A DNA stretch of 54,877 nucleotides from a virus. Its lineage: Duplodnaviria > Caudoviricetes. Position numbers and translations under genes: made by a program. The notes under the pieces were generated by a model, which was given only the letters and a program-made list of their open reading frames with translations, was not told where the DNA came from and ran no database searches. The stretch is from IMG/VR virus record IMGVR_UViG_3300028767_000027, positions 1-54,877 of that record. One strand, written 5' to 3'. Positions 18,797 through 29,320 of the stretch are shown in pieces; the first letter of the stretch is position 1; each line of letters starts with the position of its first letter.

Positions 18797-19587
18797 ATGA
18801 TAATAAGACCAAATTCTTCAAAGGATACTATCAGAACTGAGGTTCGTGATTTAAAACAAGAAATGATCAATATTTCAAGGCGTATAAATGCGCATGAACG
18901 AGAGATCGCAAAGTTATACACTGAGGGCGGAAAATTCGCTAAAAGACTTAGGATAATGGAAACACGTTTAAATCAAAAATAGTATGAGAGAAGCATTTAA
19001 ACTATTAAAAGCAAAGCAATGAAGTACTATATATATTTTTTTATAGCCTTTATATATGGCTATTGGACTGTTGGTTCGATCAAAAATATTTGTAAACACA
19101 TTAAAGATAATAACATACCATTAACATTTTTATCTTTAATGTGGTTAACATTAACGGCAGCATTGGCTACCACTGGATTTATAGTAGCCATAGCTAATCC
19201 TATATTTATAGATTTTATAACAAGACACTGGTAATGAGAAAAACATATTATGCACTAATAATTATGCTTCTGGCAACCTTATTATGCTCATGTAGCTCAA
19301 TAAAGGTTGTGAGTATTGCTTCACCTGTAGCCGAAAGGCTTGACTATAAGCCTGAATACCATTTTGATGGGTATGATGTTAGCCATTGTCTAATAATATT
19401 CAAGACAGATTATTGCTCAAATAAGCTTGAATTTGCTTCGCAGAACGATTGGCTATACGATAATTCTTATAAAGATGGTTCGATTTTTAGTCATCCTTAC
19501 AATTATTGGCATAATGATATTGGCAGCAATACTAAGGGATTTATTTACAATAGCACTCTGAATTTTACATTAATGTTTAAATTATAA
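18797..19587 (+). other. three small ORFs: coiled coil (18797-18982), membrane protein (19019-19234), lipoprotein-like (19234-19587)
   Basis: contiguous ORFs; LLCSC lipobox-like signal in the third. Confidence 0.6.
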
Positions 19588-19644
19588 TTGCTAAAAGTTG
19601 TAACCTTTTCTTATTTTCAACGTATAAGCAATAAAATATACAAT

Positions 19645-20031
19645 ATGGATGATTCACAAATAAAATTCGATTTAGCTTCCTTGCTGAAAGCAAAAGGATT
19701 CAACGGACTAAGCCATGATCTTTTCATCAAAAATGGCGATCGTGTTCATAACGTCTATGTTATGCGATGGAATGAATCAGATGATCATGTAACTCAACCT
19801 ACATACCAAGAGGCTATAGACTGGCTACGGAATACCCATAATATACATGTATACAATGAAGGCGACAATTGGGATAGCTATTTGGAGTTCGATGGTTATA
19901 AAGGAATTGCCGTCAAAACCAAATGGAAAACAGCCTCAGATGCTATTACCTTGTTCGAATCGAAGGAAGTTAAGCCATACTATGTTTCACTTGCAGAAGC
20001 CATTACAGAAGCCTTAACATTCATCCAATGA
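19645..20031 (+). CDS. paralog family A member (start corrected to MDDSQIKF)
   Basis: LASLLKAKGF...QPTYQEAIDWLR...YYVSLAEAITEAL; behind promoter at 19599. Confidence 0.75.
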   Translation: MDDSQIKFDLASLLKAKGFNGLSHDLFIKNGDRVHNVYVMRWNESDDHVTQPTYQEAIDWLRNTHNIHVYNEGDNWDSYLEFDGYKGIAVKTKWKTASDAITLFESKEVKPYYVSLAEAITEALTFIQ

Positions 20032-20164
20032 TTATAATTACACTGTCAGAAGCTGAGTATCTGGCTTCACACTATAACAAAAAAGGATGGCAAAAATCAG
20101 TTAAGATTGTGATCTGGGAGCATGACTTTGAAAAGAAGTAATATACAATTAAATACGAGAAAAA

Positions 20165-22160
20165 ATGATCTCACAAAATTTAAATTTTGAAACAATTGTC
20201 GTACACTCTCGAAGTAAAGCGGCATGGAATATTGTTAGCACACGATTAGGTGCTAAGTATAAGATTGCTGCTATTCCTTATGTGGAATCCGAAGAACATA
20301 CCATTAGCACAAATAACAGAATTAAGGCATTTGAACATGCAACATACATAAACAAGTGTTTGAATCAATACGAAGAAATCATTAATCTATTACGATAATA
20401 TCATGAAAAAAGAATACATTAAATTCAAGACTATTTCCAAACAGGAAATGGACGAATGTTATGGTACTGAACTACATAAAGGCGTTGACAAATGTTTTGA
20501 AGACGGCACGCATTCGTATATGCAAAGGACAACTGATGTGTTACATGTAAATGGTAATCTTATTAATTCGGTGCATAATAGTATTTTGGATGATACCGAG
20601 TTAACAGAGATTCCAAAGGCTATCTTTATTGAAAGGCTGAGGCAAGCTATCTTTGACTTGGAAATTTACCAATTTGTTGTAAGCAAATAAAGTTATGGAA
20701 AAATACATAATAATTTTTGAAGATGGTACGCCATATGTAACATCTAAAATAACTGTTGAGGACGGAAAATCCGTTGAAGATGGCTATATTACCATAATCA
20801 GATGCAGTGACAGCATGGAACTATTGCCAGATGGCACATGGGCAGAACTGCCCAATTGGAATGAAGAATATTATGACGCAAACAACTTAGAAACAGAAGA
20901 ATAAAATATGAAACCATTTACAGCATTAAATTTCAGAATATCACAAGATGTTTGTGGAAAACAGAGATTTACAGAGCAAGAAGTGCTTGACGAAATGGCG
21001 TCTGGCAACGCTAAAATCGATGGTATGATACTCGTTCGCATACATGACGGTAAAGTCATTGGCGGATTCACGGATTCGATAAATGTATTCAGTAAGATTT
21101 TAGCAGACGTTGAACGTGTCAACAATCTCGACACCAAATCAATACCTGAGAAAGTATTGAAGTTCATCGAAGAATCGGCTGACTCATTACAAGTGTTGAT
21201 CTCCCTTCAATTAGCGGCATGTAAGCTAAAAGGTATTCCTTATGAAAAGGTGCTTTATGCTTTGCTCGAAAAGAATATGAAATGGGAAGCTAAACTAAGC
21301 GAGTACACCAGAGATAAAAAATAAGTAATATGTCAGTAGCACACGTAAAAATTTTTAAATTCGATTTTGCCTTCGTTTATCGTTATCGTTACGAGAAGAA
21401 TAACGAAGACAAATTCTTAGATCGCCATACAACTTGGCGTCAATGGGAATTAGGCTTGTTTTTCAAGCGTAATAAAATCGTTGGCAGAAAGAATTTCAAT
21501 AAGCCTAAAGAGTGGGGTAACAATCTGGTGCATGAGTATATGCTTGGCATCAATCTGCTTATATGGAAAATGTGGTTTACTGTTCATAAAGGCGGTATGA
21601 GCATCAATCTAAACGATAAAAAGAAAGTATGAAACAAGAAAAGAGAGACCAATTAAGACATTGGGTTGAAAGTTTGGATCGTGAGAAGATTAATGACATC
21701 GCTTTAGAATGTATCGAAGAACTAATATTGGCAGAAGTGGTTAATTTCTATGAAAGCACAGAAATACCATATTGGGACGGATCAGGAGATAGATTAGATG
21801 GGTCAGAAAGTCATGACACTGAAAATTAAAGGACAAGAAATAATGGATAAAATTAAGGAAATCGCATTAGCCGTTTGGATAGATGCTATAACATGTTCCG
21901 ATAATAAAACATTTGAGCAGTATTGGGAAGCCGCTGAAAGCCAGTTCAAAGTATTTGAGACTGCTGAAAATTCAATAGCTCTTGAGGCTTTGGAAAAGAT
22001 TGCTTACCCAATAAAATATCTTCGTGAGGAAGCTGATAAAACTGGATGTATTTTAAATGGCTACATAGCTAATCAACTGACACAAGAAAGTAGCTTTTAT
22101 CAGGATATTGCTCATGATGCTTTAAACAAAATTGCTCAACAAAATGAAGGGAAAGTGTAA
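20165..22160 (+). other. run of seven small hypothetical ORFs (20165, 20403, 20695, 20908, 21330, 21629, ~21798-21843)
   Basis: tightly packed + strand ORFs with no recognisable motifs. Confidence 0.65.
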
Positions 22161-22384
22161 TTGCGGCAAGAATGCTGTTGTCGAATACCTTGTAAAAGGT
22201 AAAAATCAGCCAGTACCATTAAGTTTTGTGCCGATTGTAAGCCAAAGATGCCTAATTTCTACTGACACGAGAGCATGTATATTATTGACGGTAAGTAGAT
22301 TAAAAGTATTTTCAGTGAAACTGTAACCTTTTTATTTTCTTAACGTATAAGTAAGCAAGTAATATTAATTAAAAAATAGATACT

Positions 22385-22942
22385 ATGTTTTACATTTACG
22401 ACAAGAACACCCTGAAATTTGAAAAGGTCAAGTGGCTTGCATTAACATTAAAGCTGTCACTGATTGCCGTAGTAATTTTTTCAGCGTTTGGTTTGACAAT
22501 TCGAACCCAAGCAAAAGACTTGAATGAGGCTGAGATTATCGTTATCATGAATAAACACGATAAGTTTAGTTCTGATAAATTGGCTGCAATGATTAAGGAT
22601 ATGAATTTTGGCTTTCCTTATATCGTATATGCCCAAGCTATTCTGGAAACCAACAACTTTCAGTCAAAGATTTTCAACGAGAATAACAACTTGTTTGGAA
22701 TGAAACGAGCAGTTACACGTATTAACAAAGCACGTGGAACACAAAGTGAGCACGCTTTCTACAGGAATTGGATGGAATCATTAGACGACTACAGTTTATA
22801 TTCGGCTACATATCTATCGTCATTAAAGACTGAAAACGATTACTTTGATTATTTAGAGCAAAATTATGCCGAAGACAAACAGTATGTCAAAAAGCTAAAA
22901 GAAGTTATTGCTACAAGGAAATTAAAAGAGAAGTTCAATTAA
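22385..22942 (+). CDS. GH73 glucosaminidase-family peptidoglycan hydrolase with N-terminal TM/signal
   Basis: AQAILETNNF, NNLFGMK, YAEDKQYVKKL motifs. Confidence 0.8.
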   Translation: MFYIYDKNTLKFEKVKWLALTLKLSLIAVVIFSAFGLTIRTQAKDLNEAEIIVIMNKHDKFSSDKLAAMIKDMNFGFPYIVYAQAILETNNFQSKIFNENNNLFGMKRAVTRINKARGTQSEHAFYRNWMESLDDYSLYSATYLSSLKTENDYFDYLEQNYAEDKQYVKKLKEVIATRKLKEKFN

Positions 22943-22943
22943 C

Positions 22944-23852
22944 ATGGAAACACTGAAATTTGAAGACATTCAGCCACTAGGCAATTTTAAGGATTTGCTG
23001 ATAACCTTTCGAAAAAAAGCAGATGAAGTCATTGCTAAATGCGACGAAAAGAAGGCATTCAATAAATCACTTGCTAACCTGATCAAGATGATCGTTGGAG
23101 ACTTCGGCGTAGTCGTTGCATTGGAAGACGGCATCATAACAGGAAAAGGTTGGGATATCGACGAAATGAAGAAATGCTTACTGTATACGCATTTGATTAT
23201 ACTTGACTTGAATCAAACTGCACATAAATATCTGAACCCGACAATTGAATTGGGGTCAAGAATTGAGCAGCTACAACAATTTATTGATAACGGCGATCAG
23301 AAGGTATTCGGAAAGCTTAAACTGATTTAAAGTATCAATATTATTAAAGGTTACAGAGAAATCCGAATTCTTTGTAACCTTTTTCGTTTTATAACGTATA
23401 AGTAATAAATTATAGCAATATGAATAAAATATTAGTAAATAAAGCATTAACCGATAAGCTTCAAAGCATCGCACAGGACATTAAAGTTTATATCAATATA
23501 AATTCAGAAATAGCCAATTCATTAAACATTGACGACGATAGCAATATCACTTTTTTTGACGAAAATGAAATGATTGAGTTAATTGATATTCGAATGAAAA
23601 TCAAAGCATTGACATATAAACTAAAAGATAAAATGAGTCATGGCAAAAGTAGATAAATTCGCAGAAAAAGACCTTTGGGTTAATTGGGTTGGAATGATCT
23701 TGCGCAAGCATTCAAATAATCCCTTCAAGAGTGGTTTGCAGACTGGTAGAGCTATGGAACTAACTGTTAATCCATACTCATTGAAGCAAGGGTTTTTAAT
23801 GGATGATGGAACAGTCGTCGATTGTTTTCGATGTAAATTAGAAAATAGTTAG
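22944..23852 (+). other. three hypothetical ORFs (22944-23330, 23420-23656, 23640-23852)
   Basis: ORF track; terminator/promoter element at 23346-23401. Confidence 0.65.
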
Positions 23853-23913
23853 TATTTTTTGTAACCTTTATTGATTTGTAACGTATAAGTAATAAATAAT
23901 TTAAATTTTTGAT

Positions 23914-24414
23914 ATGAAAGCATTTGTAGCAGCATTTTTTACACTTTTCGCCTTAATAATCATCGGCACTTTAGTAGTGATGAAAATTCAGTTCAATCAG
24001 AATTGCACAGGCTTTTTAAAGAGAGCAGCAGACGCCAACACTGTTGAGACAGCAAAGGCTCAGCTGGATAAGTCCATAGACTACTTGGATTTACATAACA
24101 TGACAACTGGCTATACATCAGTATTATGGCAGACTCCTGATGAAGACATTGAATTCTGGTTTAATAATTTAAAGTCAGCATCAGCTGAATTAGCAAAGGT
24201 TGATAGTACGACTACATCATTGGAGAAGACAAATATATTAATGAAGCTACGAGAAACGTTGTTAGATGCTGGCGAGAAAGGCGAAAAGCTTACTGTTCCA
24301 GATGGTTTATATAAATATCCTGATAATAAGTTCTGGGTGTTCATGTCCATATGTGCTGGCATAATTCTGATCGGTGGCATTATTAGCATATTAATTTGGA
24401 TAGACAATAACTAA
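23914..24414 (+). CDS. two-TM membrane protein
   Basis: N- and C-terminal hydrophobic helices. Confidence 0.75.
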   Translation: MKAFVAAFFTLFALIIIGTLVVMKIQFNQNCTGFLKRAADANTVETAKAQLDKSIDYLDLHNMTTGYTSVLWQTPDEDIEFWFNNLKSASAELAKVDSTTTSLEKTNILMKLRETLLDAGEKGEKLTVPDGLYKYPDNKFWVFMSICAGIILIGGIISILIWIDNN

Positions 24415-24854
24415 TGGAAGTAAATCTATATTTGAATGACGAATGCGATACCAATATTGCATTTTTCAGCGATCTGACTTCCAATCCTTTTAAGCTTGGC
24501 GACGAAATTAACATCGCTGTTCATGACTTAAAACAAAAGGATTACATTCGATACAGGACTGAGTATGCGAATAAAATGAAGGAAGACAATAAGATTCTTC
24601 AAGATACATTTAACTTGAAGAAGATAAGACTTGTAAAGGAAAACGTTTTTGCAAAAATTACCGTAGCCAATGAGCCGAAACTTATTTATGAGTATCATTG
24701 CGAAATCGTTGACGAAACTGTTAAGGCTGACAAAGTGTTTGACAGAGAGTTTACAGCTGAAATGATCGATGCATTTGTCTATTATCATTCACGTGTAGAC
24801 AATGAATTATCTATAAAAGAATGGCTTGATGTAGTATATCCAGTCGCAAAATAA
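24414..24854 (+). CDS. hypothetical protein
   Basis: 146-aa ORF, TAATG overlap. Confidence 0.7.
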   Translation: MEVNLYLNDECDTNIAFFSDLTSNPFKLGDEINIAVHDLKQKDYIRYRTEYANKMKEDNKILQDTFNLKKIRLVKENVFAKITVANEPKLIYEYHCEIVDETVKADKVFDREFTAEMIDAFVYYHSRVDNELSIKEWLDVVYPVAK

Positions 24855-25040
24855 AAACTAATAGTATGAATAAATATAGTTTTGTAGCAATAATTGATGG
24901 TAAAGAATTATTTCCGAAAGGATTTTACTACCAAGGAAAGTCTATAATTCTTGTTGGTTGTGAAAAATCGAATCATACTATCAGGAGAAAAGAAAAAACT
25001 ACAGATGTTGAAATAATTGTAACAGAAAATAAATAATATT

Positions 25041-26045
25041 ATGCAAAAATTTACAGATATTGGTCAATTTGCCAGTGTTATAAGATCGGTGAGGCTATCT
25101 GCCGACTACAGGGGAAATGACGATAATGGCGATGCTATTTACGTTCATGACACTGATTACCCTACACTTAAGTTCAGGTGTACGGTGAAAAATCATGGAA
25201 CAAATTCAGGAATTGCCCTCTATCCTGACGGAACATACAAGTTTCAGTCACGAGAGAATGAACTTGAAGTTGGTCATGATAATGCTGGCTTCATGACAGC
25301 TATGAGCAATAAGAGCTATAAGAAGCTATTTGAGGGCATCGAATTTAAAGAGTCATGTGTTATCTATGGCGAATGGATTGGCAAAGGTGTTCAGGCTAAA
25401 GTGGCTATCGCTGAATTGTCAAAACGTTTAATCATCTTTGCTATTCGTATTGATGGCGTTTATCAGGACATGGAAAACTTTAAGCACGTGAAGAACGAAG
25501 CCGAAGATATTTATAATATTCTTCAATTTCCTCACTGGTTTATTGATATCGACTTCAATCGTCCAGAGTTGTCACAGAACAAAATCGTCGATCTTACGTT
25601 GGCTGTTGAAGATGAATGCCCTGTTGGGAAATACTTCGGCATTACTGGCATTGGCGAAGGCATCGTTTGCGAATACATATTTCCCGATGGATCAGATCGT
25701 TACATCTTCAAAAGCAAGGGAGTTAAGCATGCAAATGGCTCAAAGGTGAAGACTGTCAGGGTTGTTGACGAAGACAAGGTTAATGCTTTGCTTGATCTGG
25801 CTGACGAACTTACTCCTGAATGGAGATTAGACCAGATGGTTACGGAATCATGCGATCTGATGAACGGCGGATTGATCGACAGAACCAAGATGGGCATCTA
25901 CATGAAAATGGTTGTAAATGACATCATTAAGGAAGAATCTGATAAAATTCTTGAATCGGGATATGAAATGAAAGACCTTGGCAAATACATTTCTGAGATT
26001 GCCAAGAAATATTTCTTTGAACGAGAAAAGACTAGCGAATATTGA
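25041..26045 (+). CDS. RNA ligase, Rnl2-like
   Basis: nucleotidyltransferase motifs KNHGTN, YGEW, IIFAI, GEGIV, FKSK. Confidence 0.8.
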   Translation: MQKFTDIGQFASVIRSVRLSADYRGNDDNGDAIYVHDTDYPTLKFRCTVKNHGTNSGIALYPDGTYKFQSRENELEVGHDNAGFMTAMSNKSYKKLFEGIEFKESCVIYGEWIGKGVQAKVAIAELSKRLIIFAIRIDGVYQDMENFKHVKNEAEDIYNILQFPHWFIDIDFNRPELSQNKIVDLTLAVEDECPVGKYFGITGIGEGIVCEYIFPDGSDRYIFKSKGVKHANGSKVKTVRVVDEDKVNALLDLADELTPEWRLDQMVTESCDLMNGGLIDRTKMGIYMKMVVNDIIKEESDKILESGYEMKDLGKYISEIAKKYFFEREKTSEY

Positions 26046-26139
26046 TTGGTAATCGTGGCTATTAAGCAAACCAATTAATTTAAAGGTTGTAGAAAATACT
26101 TGTTATTTTTTGTAACCTTTTTTAATTTACAACGTATAA
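26041..26139 (+). repeat. direct repeat copy 1 (hairpin + terminator + ECF promoter)
   Basis: near-identical to 27633-27730. Confidence 0.9.
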
Positions 26140-26163
26140 GTAATAAATATAAACTTTTATTAT

Positions 26164-27465
26164 ATGAAGCATTTAATTTTTCAGTTAGACCAAGCTAATA
26201 CAGCACAAGAGTCTAAGCAAGGTCTTAAGATTAATAAGATCGTTTCAAGTATATCACCCTTAAATTTTATTAGATTATTAAAGGACGTCGATACAAAGGT
26301 GAATCCTAGGATTGCAGCCGTTAATAAAATAACGAAAAGTATTTCCGAAACTTTGGATTCAAACCCTACGTTATTCTGGTTTAAATCCAAAGGCATTTTG
26401 TTAGCGACTAAAAATTGCGAAACATTAAGCAATAACAGGATTAAAATTACTCTCGACGATACAGATTATGAGGGAATTATGGACGGCGGACATAATATGT
26501 TTGCTATAGCCGCCTTCATAGTGCAAAAGCTATATGCCGTAACATTTAAAAAATGGAGCGAATGTAAAGAATTTTGGAAACTTAATTTCGACGATATTAT
26601 CGTAAAATTCGAAAAAAGAAGTGCTGAATTTAATTTTTCAATTCCAATTGAGATCATCTATCCGAATGGTAAGAACGGCTCAGAAGATCAGTTTTATAAT
26701 TATATTTCTGAAATATGCTCAGCCAGAAATAATAACGTCCAGTTGAGCGAAACAGCTAAAGGCAATCAGGTTGGAAACTATGAGTTTTTGAAGGAATATC
26801 TGAAAAAATATAACATAATTTGGAAAACTGGCGATATTGGCAATATTGAGGCAAGCGAAGTTATTGGTCTAGCAACATTACCATTGATGTTTCTGAAAGT
26901 AAAAGGCAAGCTACCAAATGGCATTTCAAATCTTAGTAGAATCAGTATATATTCTCAGAAAGGTAGGTGCATAGACTTTTATAATGAAATTATTTCTCAT
27001 TCAGATGTTTCAAGTGAATCTAAAGGAAAAAATGTTTTAAATCATAAAGGCGTTGAATCTGCACTAGCCTTATGCGAAGATATTCTTAAGTTTTTTGACT
27101 TGATTTATTACCATTTCCCTGTACTTTATAATAATAATTCTGGTAAATTTGGGGGCATAAGCGCAGTTAACAGGAATAAGAAAAATAAAATTAAGTCTCA
27201 TTTTGGAACGCTTAAAGACGTTTCGGAATATAACTATCCTCCAGCATTTATTTATCCTTTGGTTTATGGACTCGTCAATTTGATGGAATATGACGAGAAA
27301 ACTAAAACAGTTCGTTGGAGAATTAATCCACTAACAATCGATTTAAAAAAGTTAGACTTTAAGCAATACATAAATATGTTTAAAGTTGTTTATAACGATC
27401 CGCAAAAAATTGGTAAGGGCGACGTTTTTTATGGAGAAGCTGATACTATTTTTTCAAAATTATAA
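26164..27465 (+). CDS. AIPR-like (ParB/DndB-related) protein
   Basis: NPR, FWFKSKGILL, GIMDGGHN, ARNNNVQL motifs. Confidence 0.65.
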   Translation: MKHLIFQLDQANTAQESKQGLKINKIVSSISPLNFIRLLKDVDTKVNPRIAAVNKITKSISETLDSNPTLFWFKSKGILLATKNCETLSNNRIKITLDDTDYEGIMDGGHNMFAIAAFIVQKLYAVTFKKWSECKEFWKLNFDDIIVKFEKRSAEFNFSIPIEIIYPNGKNGSEDQFYNYISEICSARNNNVQLSETAKGNQVGNYEFLKEYLKKYNIIWKTGDIGNIEASEVIGLATLPLMFLKVKGKLPNGISNLSRISIYSQKGRCIDFYNEIISHSDVSSESKGKNVLNHKGVESALALCEDILKFFDLIYYHFPVLYNNNSGKFGGISAVNRNKKNKIKSHFGTLKDVSEYNYPPAFIYPLVYGLVNLMEYDEKTKTVRWRINPLTIDLKKLDFKQYINMFKVVYNDPQKIGKGDVFYGEADTIFSKL

Positions 27466-27476
27466 AATTGATTGAT

Positions 27477-27632
27477 ATGGGAATGGACTTAGATTATATT
27501 GCCGCTAAACAGTCAATTGACCAATTAGAAAATTTGCTTTCAAGTCAGGAGCATGGCAAAAGAGAAGAAATTGCTGACGAGATCATTGAGTTTGTTGAAG
27601 CAATGGAACTAAAATGGTCTACTAATAAATAG
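27477..27632 (+). CDS. small acidic protein (51 aa, MGMDLDYIAAK...)
   Basis: translated by hand; stop abuts repeat copy 2. Confidence 0.6.
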   Translation: MGMDLDYIAAKQSIDQLENLLSSQEHGKREEIADEIIEFVEAMELKWSTNK

Positions 27633-27730
27633 ATTGATTGGTAATCGTGGCGGTCAGCAAACCAATTAATTTAAAGGTTATAGAAAATACTTGTTATTTT
27701 TTGTAACCTTTTTCAATTTGTAACGTATAA
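27633..27730 (+). repeat. direct repeat copy 2 (hairpin + terminator + ECF promoter)
   Basis: near-identical to 26041-26139. Confidence 0.9.
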
Positions 27731-27743
27731 CGAATAAAAAACA

Positions 27744-28228
27744 ATGATAACATTAGAAAGATTGGAAGAAATTCTGGATGAATCACCCGAATCAAAACAT
27801 ACAGACCGTCATATGGCTGCTTTAATTTTATTAAGAGATCGAATACCTTATGATGTTTGTAAAAGTATTATCATAGGGGCAGATCATGATAAAGTTTTCC
27901 TTTGCGAAGTTGAATATGCGTTGCCGTATATAAGCGAAGCTGATGCTTATATATTATCAGCAAGTAGATGCTTTATCGAGGATGATTGTTTCTCAATGTT
28001 TGTTTAAAAATGGAGACACTTACAATAAGGGCTAAGACGCCAAAAGACTATAACGCAAAGATTCATAGAGTAACAAAGTTTAAGAGATATAATTGCGAAT
28101 TTTGTTATGCTTTGAATGACGATGGCTACTACAGAAGTGACAATATATATGCTGATTCCACAACATATTCGGAAACTGCTTTATTAGGACTAAGCGATTT
28201 TGAAGTAGTATCATTTCGTAAGCAATAG
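27744..28228 (+). other. two hypothetical ORFs (27744-28007, ~28010-28228)
   Basis: ORF track. Confidence 0.65.
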
Positions 28229-28263
28229 TTGTAACCTTTTTCAATTTATAACGTATAAGTAAT

Positions 28264-28416
28264 GGGAGTGCTGCTCTGGAGTGGTAGCGATATGTGATAT
28301 GTCTAATAGCCGCCTTCATCGGTTGCGGTTTCGGGTACAATCCGATATAAGTTAGTTGATTAATACGCCTAATGGCAATTTGCAGATTTCGTAAAGTTCG
28401 ATTCCTTACACTCTCA
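28264..28416 (+). ncRNA. tRNA-like RNA with expanded multi-hairpin anticodon arm
   Basis: acceptor stem GGGAGTG/CACTCTC+A, D arm GCT..GG..AGC, T loop GTTCGATTC; own ECF promoter at 28230-28258. Confidence 0.7.
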
Positions 28417-28435
28417 CAAAATAACAATTTTTATC

Positions 28436-28606
28436 ATGGTAAACAGAGAAACAATTAACGGTATGGTTTTCATTGCACAAACAACTTACTACGTATATCG
28501 TAGTGAGGAGGATTTGCAAAACGACGCAATTCCAATGTTAACATCCTCAGACATCATATCATTTGATGCCTATAAAGACATAGCGAGATCATCTAAAGAA
28601 AAATAA
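28436..28606 (+). CDS. 56-aa protein, tandem paralog of 28608..28799
   Basis: shared ING.VF....Y.VY..E.DL.N...P.L. Confidence 0.7.
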   Translation: MVNRETINGMVFIAQTTYYVYRSEEDLQNDAIPMLTSSDIISFDAYKDIARSSKEK

Positions 28607-28607
28607 C

Positions 28608-28799
28608 ATGGAAAATATAGTGATCATAAATGGCGTTGTTTTTAAAACTAAGATTAGTTATCTGGTTTATAGTAATGAATCAGACTTGAAAAATTATCGA
28701 ATGCCATATCTAAATACATGTAATCCAGATGAATTCGAGAAATTTAAGAATCTGTCTAAAAACGGAATTGCTTTACCAAAAACACTTATAAATTTATGA
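28608..28799 (+). CDS. 63-aa protein, tandem paralog of 28436..28606
   Basis: shared ING.VF....Y.VY..E.DL.N...P.L. Confidence 0.7.
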   Translation: MENIVIINGVVFKTKISYLVYSNESDLKNYRMPYLNTCNPDEFEKFKNLSKNGIALPKTLINL

Positions 28800-29104
28800 A
28801 AAAAACGAAATTGTCTAATGACATGGGTATGATATTCAAGGATATCCTTGATATTGAAATTACTCTGGATAACAGCTTACAGGACATGCTTAATAAGTTC
28901 TATGACGTTATGAGTAAGTACAGCATTTGCCAAGGTACATGGAATGAAACAGGCGGCAGATCAATTGCTAATCCTGAATGGACTATTTGCTTCAAAGCAT
29001 TCTTAATGCATAAGCAAGCTGTTATTGACTTCCGTATGTTGCTTGCCGAAGTGCCGTCAAAATTACTGGCGTATGATAAAGAACCAAAATCAAAAAGGAA
29101 ATAA
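28796..29104 (+). CDS. hypothetical protein
   Basis: 102-aa ORF. Confidence 0.7.
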   Translation: MKKTKLSNDMGMIFKDILDIEITLDNSLQDMLNKFYDVMSKYSICQGTWNETGGRSIANPEWTICFKAFLMHKQAVIDFRMLLAEVPSKLLAYDKEPKSKRK

Positions 29105-29320
29105 TTTGTAACCCTTTTCAATTCCCAACGTATAAGTAATAAATAAGTATCATGGATGAAATTGAACTGAAAGAAATATTCGAAAACCAATCAGACTGCT
29201 ATGCTGATACAGGCATGTACGTAAGTGGTACTTGGGTTGATGGCGAAGTAATTCAAGCTATGACGTGTGATCGTTTCATAGAAGTGTTAAAACAATTAGG
29301 AATTATTAAATTATAAAAAT

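Noticed and set aside
28264-28416. Standard tRNA, tmRNA or group I intron-containing tRNA
   Set aside because: No 7-nt anticodon loop with U33; too short for tmRNA or a group I intron; no G3-U70 pair.
28080-28427. 115-aa minus-strand ORF
   Set aside because: Antisense shadow over a + strand gene, a promoter and the tRNA-like RNA.
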